A DNA stretch of 63,752 nt, the filler included, from Octopus bimaculoides (Eukaryota), in assembly GCF_001194135.2 (NCBI RefSeq). It is 5 parts of 3 records of this genome, joined end to end, with 100 filler letters (N's around TTAATTAATTAA, not from the genome) between each part and the next. Parts side by side here need not be neighbours in the genome. Positions count along the whole stretch, not along the records: positions 32,592 to 52,149 come from NC_068982.1; positions 52,250 to 63,752 come from NC_068983.1; 3 more parts are not named here. One strand, 5' to 3'. Of this stretch, positions 52,140-63,752 are shown piece after piece. Every line of letters starts with the position of its first letter. The stretch's first letter is position 1. The translations under genes and the position numbers were made by a program. Below the pieces are notes generated by a model. It did not search any database, was not told where the DNA came from, and saw nothing but the letters and a program-made list of their open reading frames with translations.

Positions 52140-52264
52140 ATGATGATGANNNNNNNNNNNNNNNNNNNNNNNNNNNNNNNNNNNNNNNNNNNNTTAATTA
52201 ATTAANNNNNNNNNNNNNNNNNNNNNNNNNNNNNNNNNNNNNNNNNNNNATAATAATAATAATC

Positions 52265-52810
52265 GTGTTTATACCGGAGAAAATGTATCGATTCTCTGGG
52301 ACTTCCCGTACATACCAACAACACTATAAAAGCTAATAAACCGGATATTATTATAAAAGATCAGACAAAGAAGACGTGTTTATTAATTGACATGAGTATT
52401 CCCTGTGATCATAATATAGCAGTGAAAGAATTTGACAAGATCAGTAAATATAAAGACTTGCTAATAGAAATTGAAAAAATGTGGCATCTCAAGGTGACTA
52501 CCGTACCAGTGATTGTAGGACCTCTAGGAATGATAAAAAAAGGTACTGAAACCTATTTGAAAATGATATCAGGCTTACCATCCCTACAGGAAGTGCAAAA
52601 AATCGTGTGAACTGGAATGGCTCATGTACTGAGAAGAGCATTATTGCTATCAAAATAACATCCATTCATGAATTTATTTATTAATTTTTGTTTTAAATAC
52701 ATATTTTGCCTGTGAATTTGCTTGTGTAAACTGGGAATGCATACAATGAGTTTCTCTGCTCTAGGTGTACAGAAAACACTCGGCGAGAATTGGAAGAAAA
52801 TTTGAAGAAA
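52265..52810 (+). mobile_element. R4/Dong RLE endonuclease domain and 3' UTR
   Basis: ILWDF...NKPDIIIKD..CLLIDMSIP..KISKYKDL..VPVIVGPLG..GMAHVLRRAL; bounded by (AAT)n. Confidence 0.85.
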
Positions 52811-53761
52811 GAAGAAATAAAAAACAACATAATAATAATAATAACAATGAGAAGAAGAAAAAGAAGAAGAGGAAGAAGAAAAGGAAGGTGATAGAGATGA
52901 TGGTGGTGATAGTGGTTATGATGATGCTAATATTAAGTGTTAAAATAATAGTATTGGTAATAAAAACAGCAGTAAATGAAATAAAGTTAATAGTGTTAAT
53001 AATAATCGTAGAATTTATTAAAAAAATTGTAATAACAGAAAAATGCTGGCAATTATAATAATTGTGATAATAGTAAAAATAGTAGAAATAATAATCATAG
53101 CCAAAATGTTCAACCCGAAACTGAGCTCTTCCAGCATGTACAGGTTAAAGTACCTATTGCCAAACTTCAAAGCTTGCTAACAATTCTTTTACTGCCATTA
53201 TAACCATTATTGCTGCTATCATCACTATTACTATTGTTACTATTTTAATAGGCTATTGTTAAATAAATTATATTACTTCCTCCTGGACCTTTTAATTGTA
53301 GCTAAACCTTGTTATGTAAAAACATTCTAATTATCGCAAAATAAAAAGTGAGTGCGAATGAGAGATGTCAACTAACTGATTCATTAAATATATGATTAAA
53401 AAATTATAGTTTGGTCAATTTAGAAAACACACAAGCACTCACACATGCAGGTTTCTGCATTTGCATGTGTGCATGTATGTATGTGTGTATATTTACTAAA
53501 TTGAACCAAACGCTATAATTTTTTAATCATATATTTAATGAAGCAGTTGGTTGATGAATCTCATTTGCAAATGCTTCTTCGTATTTTTAGCTAATTAGTA
53601 TGATTTTACACAACAAAGGTTAGCTACAATTAAAAGGTCCAATGGGAGGTAGCATAATTTATTTAACAATTATATGGTACAAACAAATACTATGCAATAG
53701 TGTAAACACAGCATACAAGAAGCCTTTCTTATTGACTGTACAACCATTATGAATAAATATC

Positions 53762-54100
53762 TGGTGAAGGTGCATGGCTCAGTGGTTAGAGCATTGGGCT
53801 CACAATCATGAGGTAGTGAGTTCGATTACTGGACAGGGCTGTGTGTTGTGTTCTTGAACAAGACACTTTATTTCATGTTGCACCAGTTCACTCAGCTGTA
53901 GAAATGAGTTGCAGTGTCACTGGTGTCAAGCTGTATCAGCCTTTGCCTTTCTCTTGGATAACATCAGTGGTGTGGAGATGGGAAGCTGGTATGCATGAGC
54001 GACTGTTGGTCTTCCATAAACCTTGTACAGACTTGTGTCTTGAAGGGTAACTTTCTAGGTGTAATCCCATGGTCATTCATGACTGAAGGGGGGGTCTTTA
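53762..54100 (+). mobile_element. tRNA-derived SINE family D
   Basis: Head ggtgcatggctcagtggttagagc...gagttcgattac and ccagttcactcagctgtagaaatgagt; decayed relative at 14330-14520. Confidence 0.7.
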
Positions 54101-54194
54101 CTCTTACCCTTATAAATATCTATACATACACATCTATATCTACATTTGTATCTATGATGATAATGATGGTAATGGTGTGTATATATATATATAG

Positions 54195-54910
54195 ATATAC
54201 TTGTTTCAGTCATTGGACTGTGGGCATGCTGGAGCACTGCGTTAATGGATTTAGTTGAACAAACCACCCCCAGTACATTTTACACTTTTAAAGCCTGATA
54301 CTTATTCTATAGGTTTCTTTTTGCCCAGTTGCTAAGTTACTGGGATGTAAACAAACCTACACAGGTTATCAAGTGGTGGTGGTGGTAGTGGGATAAGCAC
54401 AAACACAAAAACACATATACATAGACATGTGTGTATATATACATACAGTGGCAGACTGGGTCTAAAAATATTGGTTGCCAGGAGACTAAGGGGGGCCACC
54501 CCCAACTACAATGCTATCATTTAATTTTTGTTTTTTGTTAAAAGTATTCTTTTCAACTGTCTACAATCACAGTCAGGCTGAAATAATTAATGCATTCTTC
54601 CAGGAGTGAATAAAAAATTCTCAAACTTGAGGGGATGGGCCCTTAGATACTAACATGGGCACCCATATATGGATTCTAATGGTACAGGGGCCCACTTGCT
54701 ATCGGCCAAGCTGGCCAGTCCGCCACTGTATATATATATATATATATATATATGACAGGTTTCTTTCAGTTTCCATCTGTTAAATCCACTCATAAGACTT
54801 TGGTTGGCCTGAAGCTATAGTAGAAGACACTTGCATTATGGCATCATTCAGTGGGACTGAACTTGGAACCAAGCGAATGGGAAGTGAGCTTCTTACCTCA
54901 CAGCCACCTA
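54195..54910 (-). mobile_element. SINE family A interrupted by a MITE
   Basis: Family A halves at 54195-54430 and 54750-54910. Confidence 0.8.
54446..54728. mobile_element. hAT-like MITE nested in the SINE microsatellite
   Basis: TIRs CAGTGGCAGACTGG / CCAGTCCGCCACTG; flanks TATACATA and TATATATA (7 of 8 match). Confidence 0.8.
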
Positions 54911-55139
54911 GACATACATTTACACATACACACACATACATACATACATACGTACATACATATATATTTTTTATTGTGTCTGGGAAGAGACATACTCTTT
55001 TAATGCCTTATTACTAGCAAAAGCTGAACATACATCATCTTTGACTGGAGAGGCCATCATAATTTCATTTAACATACTTAGTTTGTTGCTAGAGGTGTCA
55101 TTAATATACAAGCTGTTCACTTCTCATAAACCAAGGTGG

Positions 55140-55290
55140 TACTTACTTTTCAAGCCTTGAGAACTTGGCAGAAATCCTTGCAATGCTAAGTAATACTGTT
55201 TTCTGGCTGTTCCCTCTTTTCACTTTTATGCCTATCATTCCATATATATTTTTAATTTCTTTGCTCACTGTACCTAGCGTATTAATGATT
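55140..55290 (-). mobile_element. Decayed R4/Dong 3' end
   Basis: INTLGTVSKEIK...SQKTVLLSIARI resembles the GALG...QK..LLGTA.I terminus. Confidence 0.5.
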
Positions 55291-55524
55291 ATTTGTGTCT
55301 TTATTGCCCACAGGGGCGCTAAACATAGAGGAGACAAACAAGGACAGACAAATGTATTAAGCCGATTACATCGACCCCAGTGCATAACAGGTACTTATTT
55401 AATCGACCCTGAAAAGATGAAAGGCAAAGTCGACCTCGGCGGAATTTGAACTCAGAACGTAACGGGAGATGAAATACCGCTAAGCATTTCGCCCACATGC
55501 TAACGTTTCTGCCAGCTCACCGCC
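55290..55524 (-). mobile_element. SINE family B, full length
   Basis: Reverse complement matches 13077-13290; CpGs are retained, suggesting a young copy. Confidence 0.85.
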
Positions 55525-55547
55525 TTAATATTATTGATTATTGACAT

Positions 55548-55720
55548 GGTGGTGAGCTGGCAGAATCATTAGCACACTGGACAAAATGCTTAGCAGCATT
55601 TCATTTGTCTTTATGTTCTGAATTCAATTCCTCCCAAGCTCAACTTTGCCATTCATCCTTACAAGGGTGAAGAAATAAGTACCAGTTGAACACTGGGGGT
55701 TAATGTAATTGACTAGTCCC
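55548..55720 (+). mobile_element. SINE family B, older copy, head-to-head with the previous one
   Basis: ggtggtgagctggcagaatcattagc...aaataagtaccag. Confidence 0.8.
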
Positions 55721-57306
55721 CACCCATCAACAACAAAAAAAAAAAAGCCAAAGAAATCAGGTCTCATGCCTATTATTGAAAGAATCATTTCTTTGCCTCA
55801 TGTGACATTTATTTTCTTAGCTGTTGGTTAGTTACAGTGAAGGGATTTCCCATTTATTATGATCTATATGATAGAGCTGATGATGGTAGATTTGGTTTAT
55901 TGATCAACAAGTATCTTATAGTATTTAGCCATCTTTCTTTACATTCTGAGTTCCAATTCTGCTGAGTTTGAATTTGCCTTTCATGCTTCCAGTGAGTCGA
56001 TAAACTAAAGCACTAAATAAGTACTATGATCAATTTTACGTGAGTGTGTATGTACATACACACAAACACACACACACACACATGCACATGCACCCATGCA
56101 CACACACATATACATGCACATGTAAATACGCATGCATGTTTACACATCATCAACATCATCATCATTTAATGTCCATTTTTCATGCTGGCATGAGTTGGAC
56201 ATGTGTGTGTGTGTGTGTGTGCATGCGTGTACATGCATGTGCATGTGTGTGTGTATGAGTATATATGTGTATATATACATATATATANNNNNNNNNNNNN
56301 NNNNNNNNNNNNNNNNNNNNNNNNNNNNNNNNNNNNNNNNNNNNNNNNNNNNNNNNNNNNNNNNNNNNNNNNNNNNNNNNNNNNNNNNNNNNNNNNNNNN
56401 NNNNNNNNNNNNNNNNNNNNNNNNNNNNNNNNNNNNNNNNNNNNNNNNNNNNNNNNNNNNNNNNNNNNNNNNNNNNNNNNNNNNNNNNNNNNNNNNNNNN
56501 NNNNNNNNNNNNNNNNNNNNNNNNNNNNNNNNNNNNNNNNNNNNNNNNNNNNNNNNNNNNNNNNNNNNNNNNNNNNNNNNNNNNNNNNNNNNNNNNNNNN
56601 NNNNNNNNNNNNNNNNNNNNNNNNNNNNNNNNNNNNNNNNNNNNNNNNNNNNNNNNNNNNNNNNNNNNNNNNNNNNNNNNNNNNNNNNNNNNNNNNNNNN
56701 NNNNNNNNNNNNNNNNNNNNNNNNNNNNNNNNNNNNNNNNNNNNNNNNNNNNNNNNNNNNNNNNNNNNNNNNNNNNNNNNNNNNNNNNNNNNNNNNNNNN
56801 NNNNNNNNNNNNNNNNNNNNNNNNNNNNNNNNNNNNNNNNNNNNNNNNNNNNNNNNNNNNNNNNNNNNNNNNNNNNNNNNNNNNNNNNNNNNNNNNNNNN
56901 NNNNNNNNNNNNNNNNNNNNNNNNNNNNNNNNNNNNNNNNNNNNNNNNNNNNNNNNNNNNNNNNNNNNNNNNNNNNNNNNNNNNNNNNNNNNNNNNNNNN
57001 NNNNNNNNNNNNNNNNNNNNNNNNNNNNNNNNNNNNNNNNNNNNNNNNNNNNNNNNNNNNNNNNNNNNNNNNNNNNNNNNNNNNNNNNNNNNNNNNNNNN
57101 NNNNNNNNNNNNNNNNNNNNNNNNNNNNNNNNNNNNNNNNNNNNNNNNNNNNNNNNNNNNNNNNNNNNNNNNNNNNNNNNNNNNNNNNNNNNNNNNNNNN
57201 NNNNNNNNNNNNNNNNNNNNNNNNNNNNNNNNNNNNNNNNNNNNNNNNNNNNNNNNNNNNNNNNNNNNNTATGCATATATATTTACATATACATACAAAC
57301 ATACAT

Positions 57307-57337
<31 letters not shown>

Positions 57338-58448
57338 CATATATATATATACATGCATATATATACATATACATATACACATGTATGTATGTATGTGTGT
57401 ATATATATATGCACATACATATATACACACACAATACACATACACATGCACACATATATGTATACATATACAAGTATGCACACACACAAGCACACTTACA
57501 CAGCTGATTCCTGGTTATGTTACTGCCTTTATATGAATTTGTGTAAAGAACCCAGATATATTTTCTATATTACCATGAAGAAAATGGACATTAAAACTGA
57601 AAGGAAAAGTGGACAATAAAAAATAAAATGAATAAATAAATATGAACATTCTATTCCTTAATCAAACTTAGTGAGCTATTTTAAGAATCTAGAGATTCTT
57701 TAAGCAAGAATGTTAAACTATTTTTATTATGACTCATGGTACAACAGAAAATAGATAAGCATCATTATAAAAAATAAATTTTTGTCTTTCAAAAAATTAA
57801 TTTTGTACATGCAACTGCTGCTATACACATCTTGCATTTAAACATATTTCNNNNNNNNNNNNNNNNNNNNNNNNNNNNNNNNNNNNNNNNNNNNNNNNNN
57901 NNNNNNNNNNNNNNNNNNNNNNNNNNNNNNNNNNNNNNNNNNNNNNNNNNNNNNNNNNNNNNNNNNNNNNNNNNNNNNNNNNNNNNNNNNNNNNNNNNNN
58001 NNNNNNNNNNNNNNNNNNNNNNNNNNNNNNNNNNNNNNNNNNNNNNNNNNNNNNNNNNNNNNNNNNNNNNNNNNNNNNNNNNNNNNNNNNNNNNNNNNNN
58101 NNNNNNNNNNNNNNNNNNNNNNNNNNNNNNNNNNNNNNNNNNNNNNNNNNNNNNNNNNNNNNNNNNNNNNNNNNNNNNNNNNNNNNNNNNNNNNNNNNNN
58201 NNNNNNNNNNNNNNNNNNNNNNNNNNNNNNNNNNNNNNNNNNNNNNNNNNNNNNNNNNNNNNNNNNNNNNNNNNNNNNNNNNNNNNNNNNNNNNNNNNNN
58301 NNNNNNNNNNNNNNNNNNNNNNNNNNNNNNNNNNNNNNNNNNNNNNNNNNNNNNNNNNNNNNNNNNNNNNNNNNNNNNNNNNNNNNNNNNNNNNNNNNNN
58401 NNNNNNNNNNNNNNNNNNNNNNNNNNNNNNNNNNNNNNNNNNNNNNNN

Positions 58449-58490
<42 letters not shown>

Positions 58491-58632
58491 TATGCATGAA
58501 AGAATACATACATATGTATGTACATACATACATACAAACAAACGTACATGTGTACATACATACACACATGCACACACACAAACACACACTCACACACACA
58601 TATATGCATATATATGTGTNNNNNNNNNNNNN

Positions 58633-58673
<41 letters not shown>

Positions 58674-59299
58674 GTATATACAATATGTGTGTGTGCATGT
58701 ACAAATATGTATACATACATGCATACATGCATACACACATGCATACATATATACCTATATATGTATTTTTATATATGCTTATATGTATGTTTGTATGTAT
58801 GTAAGTATGTATGTATATATGTATCTCCTTATAAATATATAATATGAAAGGGTAATATGAAAGTGACACTAATAGTAGTAACATGTTTACAGATAAAAGG
58901 GGGAGAGAGAGAGAGAGAGGAAGAGAAGAGGGGAGAGTGATGAATAGTCCTAGAAATGGTCAGTGGTGGGGAGTGTGATCAATGTCTGTGATAAGTGACT
59001 TAGAGGAAAGGTGGGAGTGGCAAGTAGCAGAATAGAGGGGGACGATAATGCTGGCTGGCAATGGGGAGCATGGGTGAAAGATAATCAGAGGTGGTGTTAA
59101 AAAAAGAGTGATGAATGGTAATAAACAAGTAACCGGAGGGAGAGAAACTGATTGCAGTATAAAAGGGATAAATAGGGAAGCACACTGGATATCAATAGGT
59201 GTGATGCAATCTTTTGTTTCTCAGATTTCATGATGAGTAACTGAAGAACTGGTTAGTAGTAATAGAGTGACAAAATGGAATATATATGCATGTGTATGT

Positions 59300-59340
<41 letters not shown>

Positions 59341-61060
59341 NNNNNNNNNNNNNNNNNNNNNNNNNNNNNNNNNNNNNNNNNNNNNNNNNNNNNNNNNNNN
59401 NNNNNNNNNNNNNNNNNNNNNNNNNNNNNNNNNNNNNNNNNNNNNNNNNNNNNNNNNNNNNNNNNNNNNNNNNNNNNNNNNNNNNNNNNNNNNNNNNNNN
59501 NNNNNNNNNNNNNNNNNNNNNNNNNNNNNNNNNNNNNNNNNNNNNNNNNNNNNNNNNNNNNNNNNNNNNNNNNNNNNNNNNNNNNNNNNNNNNNNNNNNN
59601 NNNNNNNNNNNNNNNNNNNNNNNNNNNNNNNNNNNNNNNNNNNNNNNNNNNNNNNNNNNNNNNNNNNNNNNNNNNNNNNNNNNNNNNNNNNNNNNNNNNN
59701 NNNNNNNNNNNNNNNNNNNNNNNNNNNNNNNNNNNNNNNNNNNNNNNNNNNNNNNNNNNNNNNNNNNNNNNNNNNNNNNNNNNNNNNNNNNNNNNNNNNN
59801 NNNNNNNNNNNNNNNNNNNNNNNNNNNNNNNNNNNNNNNNNNNNNNNNNNNNNNNNNNNNNNNNNNNNNNNNNNNNNNNNNNNNNNNNNNNNNNNNNNNN
59901 NNNNNNNNNNNNNNNNNNNNNNNNNNNNNNNNNNNNNNNNNNNNNNNNNNNNNNNNNNNNNNNNNNNNNNNNNNNNNNNNNNNNNNNNNNNNNNNNNNNN
60001 NNNNNNNNNNNNNNNNNNNNNNNNNNNNNNNNNNNNNNNNNNNNNNNNNNNNNNNNNNNNNNNNNNNNNNNNNNNNNNNNNNNNNNNNNNNNNNNNNNNN
60101 NNNNNNNNNNNNNNNNNNNNNNNNNNNNNNNNNNNNNNNNNNNNNNNNNNNNNNNNNNNNNNNNNNNNNNNNNNNNNNNNNNNNTATATATATATATATA
60201 TATATATGGATAAGGACGTCACCAACAGCAAACAACATGAAATACAAAAACAAATAAATTCAATATGCAAACAGTGAGAGAAGCAAATGGAAAACAGGAC
60301 AAATAACATAAAGAATGACCCATCATCAGTTGTCAGTGCACATACACACACACTCACACACACGCACAACTTAGTGTAAAGTCATATTTAACTCATCCGA
60401 GTACACACAGATGCAGATGTGAGAAGATCTTTAATGATGGAAATTTTCCTCCTAGACATATGTGTAAACACATATATTCAGCTGTGAATGACATCAATGG
60501 AGTGGAAGCCACATACGTTTCTGTGTTCTTTCTCTTCCTCCACTACAAACACCAGATCTGTCATTCGCATTCTATTAAAAACAAAGTCATTCTTATCAGA
60601 ACAGCATACTGTTCATTAGCTGATGTGCAAAGTGTTGAATGAAATATATTTATGTAAAGTCATATTTAACATGTTTAAGTGCATTCGGACCTCAGAAGAA
60701 CTTCTGCTGTTAAAATAGTCTTGAAAGAAAACGCTTCTTTTAGGCGTATTGAACTGTGAATGATGTCATTATATCATAGGACACATGTATTTCTGTGTTA
60801 TTTCACTTCATCAATTGTGCACTCCAAATATGTCATGCACAGCCTGATAAAAATGAATTAATTCTTAGAACAGCATACAAAACATTTGCTGATATGCATG
60901 AAGCTTCGTCCTGCTAGAATTAGATAATATTTAATATTGCAGGAAGCAGCTTTGAATTATGATATATTCAAGTAAATATATATGGAGAGAGAGTGAGAGA
61001 GAGTGTGTGAGTGTGGAAGCAAAACTGGAGAGTTCATAAGTAAATATATCATCTGCACTG

Positions 61061-61154
61061 ATTTCTGATGAAGGGAAGACTGAGAAAACTTACCTAGCCC
61101 TGATTGCATATTCTGAGCATAATCTTCACTGAAACATGTGTAACATGTGTAAAT
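61061..61154 (+). ncRNA. Possible decayed hammerhead motif
   Basis: CTGATGA 61065-61071, AGGGAAGA/TCTTCACT stem (7 of 8 pairs), GAAA-CATGTG-TA; stem I is poor. Confidence 0.35.
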
Positions 61155-62072
61155 AATTTATGAAGCAACTACCAGTCTGTTTTTTTATTTTTATTCTGTA
61201 TGTAGTCTGTGATCTTTCTAATTACAGAAACCAGTGAAAGATGACTTGGCTTATAATACACGAATTCACTTCACACTTACCTCTTTGATGTATAAAGGAT
61301 GCACATGAAGTTCTAAATACTGGTTCTATGCCATGCAATCCAATCAGACTATACGTGTATACATACTTGCATACATGCATCCATCCATAAGCACAAACAC
61401 ACACTAAAGTAGAGAAGATGAGAACAAAAAAAATGGAAATAAAGAATGCAAGAAACAGAATGAGGTGAAAAGAAAAGAGAGGGAGGAAGAAAAGAAAGAG
61501 ATGTATTGTATTGTTTCCCCCTGAAACTTTTGTTCCCAGCTCTCATATTTTAGTATAGGAACAGTGGTTGTTAGTAATGAATTGGTAAGTTGGTTCTCCT
61601 GTTTATGGATACTGAGGTTATTCCAACTGTTAAAAGGTTTGCAACTGCAGGAGATTTGGTGGCAAATTCTAATAGTTTCACCAACTGCATAGAGGCTCCC
61701 TCCTATGACAGACTTTTGTCTCTTCTGAAAATATCAGTTATAGTATTATGCTCCTCCACCCATGGATAATACTGCATATCCTGATAAACCTTGTGAAACA
61801 ACTCAGAGATACCTGCTAAGTGTTTCCAGAATAATTGATGTTTTCATGACGTATTCTCTGCTGTTCATAGTGATGTCTATCTTCAGATCAACACTGACTG
61901 AACAGATCTAGGATAAAAAATATTCCAGCTATGGGTGTTAATCTTTTACAGAAATAATATCTGAGACTGTATTAGCCAATGTCTATTTCATTTCTGTGTT
62001 TTTTTCATAAGTCTCTTACATACATGGCTATAGCTGCACCTAAACGCACACACACACGTTATGAATATATGA

Positions 62073-62106
<34 letters not shown>

Positions 62107-62402
62107 GTTATGGAGATGTACTTGCATAGCAAGTGATCTGATCTGAGATTGTGTGTTAGAAGGAAAATAAGATGCAGCACGGAATTTTGTCAGTGAACAG
62201 GTCGCAGTCTCAAAGCGACGAAAATATTTTGGCAAATTAAATTTTATATGTTGAATCAATCTAACAGTTTTTGTGTGTTTCTTAAATGGCCTACAAACAC
62301 CTTCCATGCTGCAATTGTTTTATATATATATATATATATACACACACATATATACATATATATATATATATATATGTCTTCCCTTCTTTGGACTTTTCCT
62401 CT

Positions 62403-62437
62403 ATTTCTGACAAAGATCTCCGATCGAAACGGGAAAT
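62403..62437 (+). ncRNA. Decayed minimal hammerhead motif
   Basis: ATTT-CTGACAA-A-GATC TCC GATC-GAAA-CGGG-AAAT; downstream ttcctgagcgtc resembles ttcccgagcgtc after the 32361 motif. Confidence 0.5.
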
Positions 62438-62575
62438 CCTCTTTCTTTTGTTTCCTTTCCTGAGCGTCCAATAACACTGTACTTATTCCACGTCCTCGCA
62501 TTGTTTTTTCGTGTTTTTTTTTTGTGTTTTTTCTTGCTTGTTCATGTTTGAATTGACTATATGCATGTATGTATA

Positions 62576-62808
62576 CAGGGTTGGCCAAAAATCACTGGAA
62601 AGTAAATCAAAATTCCATAAATACTATCTGTAATTCTGTATTGACTCGAATGGAAAAAATGTCACTCAAGAAGGATTTCAGTTTAAACAATTTTCGTGAT
62701 GTTTCATATTTAGATGCGTGTATTAAATTCATTCAGTTTTTAAACAAAAATAAATCTTGCAATTAAGCATATGGGTTTGATTTACTGTCAGGTGACTTTT
62801 GGTCAACC

Positions 62809-62811
<3 letters not shown>
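62576..62811. mobile_element. Tc1/mariner MITE
   Basis: About 36-bp imperfect TIRs CAGGGTTG(G/A)CCAAAA.TCAC..G..AGTAAATCAAA with TA on both sides. Confidence 0.85.
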
Positions 62812-62843
<32 letters not shown>

Positions 62844-62845
62844 CA

Positions 62846-62929
<84 letters not shown>

Positions 62930-62955
62930 TACAGACACATATATAAATATATAGA

Positions 62956-63164
62956 TGAGGGGGTGTTGAAAAGCTCCTGGCTTCGGATAAGAGAAAATAC
63001 CAGCGGATCAGTTATTTTATTCAACATTTCCCCACTCAGATTCACAGACTTATTGCAGTGGTTCTTCAGTTTTTCTAAGCCCTGTAAAAGAACTTGGAAT
63101 GTTGGGCCTCCAATGAAGCTTTTCCTGATACCCTTAAAGCCAGGAACTTTTCAGCACCTCTTCA
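62956..63164. mobile_element. Mariner-type MITE
   Basis: TIRs TGAGGGGGTGTTGAAAAGCTCCTGGCTT / AAGCCAGGAACTTTTCAGCACCTCTTCA. Confidence 0.8.
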
Positions 63165-63179
63165 TATATACATATATTC

Positions 63180-63475
63180 TTTTATTTGTTTCAGTCATTT
63201 GACTGTGACCATGCTACAGCACTGCCTTTTTTTTAGTTGGACAAATTGACACCAAGACTTATTCTTTGTAAGCCTAGTAATTACTCTATTGGTATCTTTT
63301 GCCGAACTGCTAAGTTACGGGGATGTAAACATACCAACATCGGTTGTCAAGCAATGGTGGGGGACACAGACACACAAACATACACACACACAAGGCTTTG
63401 GTCGGCCAGTGGCTATTGTAGAAGACACTTGCCCAAGGTGCCATACAGTGGGACTGGATCAAGAACCATGTGGTA
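63180..63475 (-). mobile_element. SINE family A with internal deletion
   Basis: Reverse complement of 16933-17308, lacking part of the middle. Confidence 0.8.
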
Positions 63476-63712
63476 AATGGTCAGTCAGAAGAAATGAAGG
63501 GTTTGTTCCCTATTTTATATAGACGTATAGATGGCCTTCAAAGTTTCTAAGGAAACAAAATGAAAAACAAAGTAGAATATCTATATTATTACACTTCAGT
63601 TCTTTTTTTGTCTGTTGCTTGAAAATGAGTGTTCCTTTCCACCCCTCTGTGTTATTCCCTCTTTCTCATACACTCATACATACACATACAGACATCTGCA
63701 TGTATGCATGTA

Positions 63713-63752
<40 letters not shown>

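Noticed and set aside
58980-59200. Purine-rich segment resembling an antisense decayed retroelement (also 12660-12850)
   Set aside because: No diagnostic motif could be read.
1869-63202. Dozens of ORFs rich in YI, CV, HT, MYVC, poly-I/L or X
   Set aside because: They are translations of (TA)n, (CA)n, (TACA)n and (TAA)n microsatellites or read-through of N gaps.

Overview
AT-rich, microsatellite-dense metazoan genomic DNA with many assembly gaps. The repeat repertoire (tRNA-headed SINEs, R4/Dong, Hero, Tx1, Penelope-like elements, mariners) looks like an octopus or other coleoid cephalopod genome, but that assignment is inference. The only recognisable host coding sequence is the last coding exon of a casein kinase 1 gamma-like gene (+ strand, 1353-1401, CCFFRRRKKKKNRQS*), apparently followed by a repeat-free 3' UTR of about 8.5 kb. 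The rest is a patchwork of decayed transposable elements, three CpG-rich promoter-like segments (about 19.6, 22.3 and 25.8 kb) and unassigned candidate exons. The most notable non-annotated signal is six hammerhead-ribozyme-like folds, several with non-canonical cores, one directly at the 3' end of a Penelope GIY-YIG fragment. Four 100-bp gaps carry an artificial TTAATTAATTAA spacer, so adjacency across them is uncertain. Most ORF-track entries are microsatellite or N-gap artefacts.
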